Assembly: GCA_035084275.1 (NCBI GenBank)
Contig: CM068754.1
Location: 10,168,001 to 10,232,000, forward strand
From: Hydrolagus colliei
Taxonomy: Eukaryota
DNA: 64,000 nucleotides
Direction: 5' to 3'
Part shown: positions 50,473 through 64,000 of the stretch, in pieces
Layout: each line of letters opens with the position of its first letter
How positions within the stretch are numbered: position 1 is the first letter of the stretch
Made by a program: the position numbers and the translations under genes
The notes under the pieces: model-generated
Told to the model about the DNA's origin: nothing
What the model saw: only the letters and a program-made list of their open reading frames with translations
Databases searched by the model: none

Positions 50473-53400
50473 TTTTTAGAAGCAATTTCACAACCATTTT
50501 TATGCTTTAAATAATGAAGTAGAGTCTAACCACACAATTGCTTTGGCAATTGCTCATCTGATCTGGACACAGGAAATTTAATCAATTTAAAAGTAGTCTG
50601 CATACTGCATTATTTCAAAGCTGAGTCATCCTGACAACAGCTGTAGCACTTTTAAATAAGACCTAAATATCTGGTATAATAATGATCCATGCACAGAAAC
50701 CACGTTACCACCAACAAAGCAACATATTATGTCAAAATCCATATATTTGTTGTTTCTTATCTTTTCATAATACTGAGGATCATTGTCCTTATTAATGTAA
50801 TCATCTTTTTTGTATAATTTTATGTAACTGCACTGAAAATGAGAATGCTTTACATTACAGGTTCCAATTTTCACCCCGAATGCACAAATTAGGGATTGTC
50901 AACGAAATACTGACTTGCTCCTGACACCAACACAAAGTCTGTACAAAGTCAAAATTCTATTTTGTCAAAAGAAATTACACTTTTATCCCACAAGATGGTG
51001 CCAATCAACTTTCCATTCCAATTCTATGATGCATAGTTCTCCTATCTGCCATTTTGAGGTGTGGGGTGGTTTGGAGTACAGCCACATTGTGACTCCTGCA
51101 ACACAGTGTCTGGATACAAAGTATTGGGGGGGGGGGGGCCGGGAAGGTTCACAGGCTCCAGGGTTAGTTTGTTTTCTTTGAATTAAAAGCTTATTCAGTG
51201 TGTGAGCACAAGCTCAGCCTTTCCATATGGTATCTGTTTGCTCACATGACATTATGTCTTACTAATCTTCATCTGTTTGGGTAAAATAACTTTTGGGCAT
51301 AAGCATTATTTTTGTTTGAAAACTTGCAATTGTTAATAGTACAGAGAGAAAAGTCAAGAATTAGTATTCTTTTGCCATTTTGAGAAGGCTTCCTGAACTG
51401 TGATGAGCAATTTGTGTCAGTAATGGAGAAAAGAGATATGGTTGTGATCATAGAGAAATGTTTGGAAACATTTGGTTCACTCAGGCAAAATCCTGATTCC
51501 AACAATCAATTTATCTTTGTGTTTTATTGGTATGAGGGCATGGCCTTGCATGCACTATAAACTGAGAAAAAAAAAGGGCAGTTTGATTTCACTTTTCCAG
51601 TGTTTAAATGTTCTGCAAAATTGAGCTGAATGCTATTGCTAAATATATTTGACTACATGCTACATTTCAGCAAATAAGCAAAATTGTTTTCTCTGAAAGG
51701 GTTTACAATGTCAGAAAGGTAACTGTGTCTGTGTGGCCTGCTTTCCTGATTCAGTGTCTGACAGATAATCGAGATTAATTTATTCATTTCACTAAGTGAA
51801 ATTCAGGCATCTCTATGGGGTGGTGGGGAGGGATCTACAATAGAACACAAATCAGTCTGATGAAGCTTCAAAGCATCCTGTTTATAGATAGGAACTGAGA
51901 AGTGTAGGAGTGGCTTTTCATGTACCCAGTACTGCAGATGGCATTGTTGCAAAGCCTTTGACATAATATATGAATATTCAGGATCTGAAGCCTACCTGCA
52001 GGCCACTTTGTAAAGTAGAGAAAAAGATTCCCCTTAAACATACATCAAATATTGCAACTGGGAGGTCGAACGCTCAAAAAATAGATGGACACCACTCAAT
52101 TTGTGGAAAGAGGCTTTGCATTAGATGTCATGAAAAGATTTTGTAGGGTCCTTGATCTGCTTACATTTGCAAATTGTAATCCTGCTTTTCACCCATGAGT
52201 TCAGTTTCCATGGTTACTAATGGTCTTCTGCAGCAGTGGCATTTTATAACCCTAATAAACTGCCTTCTGAAGCAAATATTCAAATATGGTATGGTGCGCG
52301 GCATCTCAATTTCTTCACTTTAGTGTTAGGGGGAATTTGGATTGTTTTAAAATCCTTACAAGTTCTTGTCTCTACAATGTCTGGATCCTCTGTCAAACTG
52401 TGATGAACTCACAAAATCTGCAACAGATTACCAAGATATGAGCAAATATGACTTAAATGCTGATATTCTTTCTGCCTGTCCCTTTCAGCGCCTTGGGATG
52501 TCCTCCCATTGTGAAAGGCACTCTATAAATGTCATTTTGTTGTTGTTTCTTGTTGCCCCTCCTTCTACCGGGTTGCAAACCAGGCAACCCAATAAGTTCA
52601 ACATGTGGGCTATATCCCTGTTTCATCTGTGGAACCTCAAATGCTGTCATCTGACGTATGGAATATATATTTCAACAACATTTTATGGTACACCATGTTC
52701 ATTCATCCAATATTTAAGAAATAAAATCTACAAAAAAATGCTGCTGATGTTGGTGATTTAGGAATGGCTAGACATTTACTCTTCTTGGAATAACTAACTT
52801 GTATGGATGAAAAAAGTTAATTGGCCCATTTGATCTTATCTTTCCAGAATACCTACCCTACTATGCTCCCATACCACATTTAAACGTTTCTTAAATGAGT
52901 TCAGTATCCTGACGTCAACCCATCAATTCCTGGTTCCTTAGCTTCTGAATAAAGAAATGCTTCCTGGTGTCCTGAAATCACCCATTGTAACCCCAAACTT
53001 GTGTTGTCTTGTGCTGCAAAACAGCAGGTACTGGGAATTGCTTGTGAATTGCATATTTCAAATGGACTGAACTCCCAACAGTACCCCCAAAGCCTCACCA
53101 TGGGGTCCCTGAGCTTGGGGTTCCTGCCAACCTGTGCCTAATACTCTCTGGAATGGGACATCCTAATCCAATGTTTTCAGCCTTCTTCCTGAGATGAAAG
53201 GCGCTAGATGAAAGGATGAGCCTTTGGCCACTCTTGCCCTCAACATTTGGAAATTCCACGGCGCAGTCCCTCCATCTCGCCTCCTCCCCTAGCCTCCTTC
53301 AAGTCCCTCGCCTTGAGACCCTCGGTCACCCCTCACCCCCCCCTCCCCGATCCTGACCCCAGCTCAGGTCCGAAACACAGCCAGACCATCGGCTTTGGGA

Positions 53401-53699
53401 CGCCCTGCTGCAGTCACAGGCGCAAATACAAGTGTCATTTTGTTGTTTGTCGTTGTGGTTGATGATATAAGCCAGGCACGTCCCTCCGGGGAGAGAACGC
53501 CACACTTTTTTTGTCCCTACCCACCCATGGGGAAATTCCCACGCTATGGCCACGTATTATGAAACTTGATCTTGTGGAACCCTGGTGAGTGAGTGAGTGA
53601 GGTGGAGGAGGGGGTTTCCCAATATGTCAGACACTCCCCCCCCCCCCCCCCCACCTCCCAAAAAAAAACACACCACCACCAAAACAACACAAAAACAGG

Positions 53700-53815
53700 T
53701 TCCTGAAACAAGAGCAGGGGTTGCTGGGGAAACTCAGCAGGTCAGGCAGCATCCATGGAGAAAGGAGAAGTCAGTCAACGTTTCGGGCCCACCCACGACC
53801 CGTCGTCAGAACTGA
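53700..53815 (-). mobile_element. Penelope-type repeat arm carrying a minimal hammerhead ribozyme motif (53771-53815)
   Basis: Minus strand UCAGUU-CUGACGA-C-GGGUC-GUGGGUG-GGCCC-GAAA-CG-UU-GACUGA; the arm is homologous to the 11564-11726 palindrome. Confidence 0.7.
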
Positions 53816-54143
53816 GGGAGAAAACAGGCTGTTCGCGGGGAAAGGGCTCAGCGGGGAGGGCAGGGGGTGACGTCACCGCTGCTGACGCCTGACCTTGAGG
53901 CTGCGGCTAAAGTGGGTGCATCACCGCGCATGCGCGCGCCTGGCTGCCTGCCGGCCCCCCCCCCCCCCCGAGTGGAAGCTGCGCGCGCAGAAACCGGGGA
54001 GAGGCGGAGGCGGGAGAGAGAGGGGGGTGGGGGAGGGGTTGGGGGGGGTGGAAGGAGGAGAGAAGAACAGACTCGAGTGAGCGTCACCCACTGAGTCCGA
54101 GCAGCTACACAGCAAACAAACAGCCCGACCTCCCACACTCAAC

Positions 54144-63329
<9,186 letters not shown>

Positions 63330-64000
63330 AGTACAAGTGAACAAAAAGGCTGTTTTCGTCCAGTTGACTGTAGAAGCTTCATACATGTGCAGTACACTGA
63401 ATAGCCTATATAAGTAATATGTGACAATCGGAAGCCTTATTATTAATGCTTTGCAGTGTTTGTATTCTGACGCAAATACTGTTGCTTCACTAAAAGGCTT
63501 TCCAATGTAGCTTCTGTTTGCACTGTTTTCAATTTGTATGTTGAATGTTTTAATTTTTCTCCTCACAGATAAGATTTTGTTGGTGTGTTTCAACTATTCT
63601 GAAAAAACCAAATAACCCATTGGTTTCAGGGAGTGGAAAGGTGTTTTTTTTCTCTCTCTCTCTAAGTCTAGTCCTTCTATTGATTTGAAGTTACCAGCAT
63701 CAAAAGGATTAGAACCCATGCAACTACTGTATTGAGGTTGTAGATTTGTTGTAGAAAAGTTCAAATACATATTCTAATAACTTTTTGTGATGTATCATGT
63801 AGATGGTTCATGTATTTTGCACAAAAGTGTATTGCATAATTAAAATAAGCAAATCTACTGAACAACTTTAAAAAATTTACAACTTCAGACTGCTGTTTAA
63901 ATGCTTCCTTCTGCTTACAAATTAGACGTATTAAATTCCATAGACTTTAAACTTTTTAAATCTCCACTCTTTAATGTCTTGATTTAGCCAATGGTGGGAA

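Overview
Vertebrate genomic DNA. The repeat complement (tRNA-derived SINEs ending in (TAT)n, L2 and CR1 LINE ends, DeuSINE-like relics, Penelope-type foldback repeat) suggests a cartilaginous fish, possibly a chimaera; that is an inference. Three intact multi-exon genes were reconstructed by hand from splice sites and reading phase: TBX22 (minus, 8 coding exons, 16916->10841, 520 aa), an HAO2-like FMN-dependent alpha-hydroxyacid oxidase (plus, 7 coding exons, 41945-50410, about 353-356 aa, ending in the PTS1 AKL) and ITM2A (plus, 6 coding exons, 54144-63329, 253 aa). Highlights: (1) an intact HAO2-like gene between TBX22 and ITM2A, divergent from TBX22, mirroring the TBX15-HAO2 arrangement and so a candidate whole-genome-duplication paralogue I do not know from the mammalian TBX22 locus; (2) a minimal Penelope-type hammerhead ribozyme motif upstream of the ITM2A promoter; (3) a perfect 163-bp palindrome of the same repeat family in the last TBX22 intron; (4) a nested SINE, an abortive exon-start duplication, a probable GC-AG intron and a C-rich minisatellite. 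There is one 178-N assembly gap. No database searches could be run.
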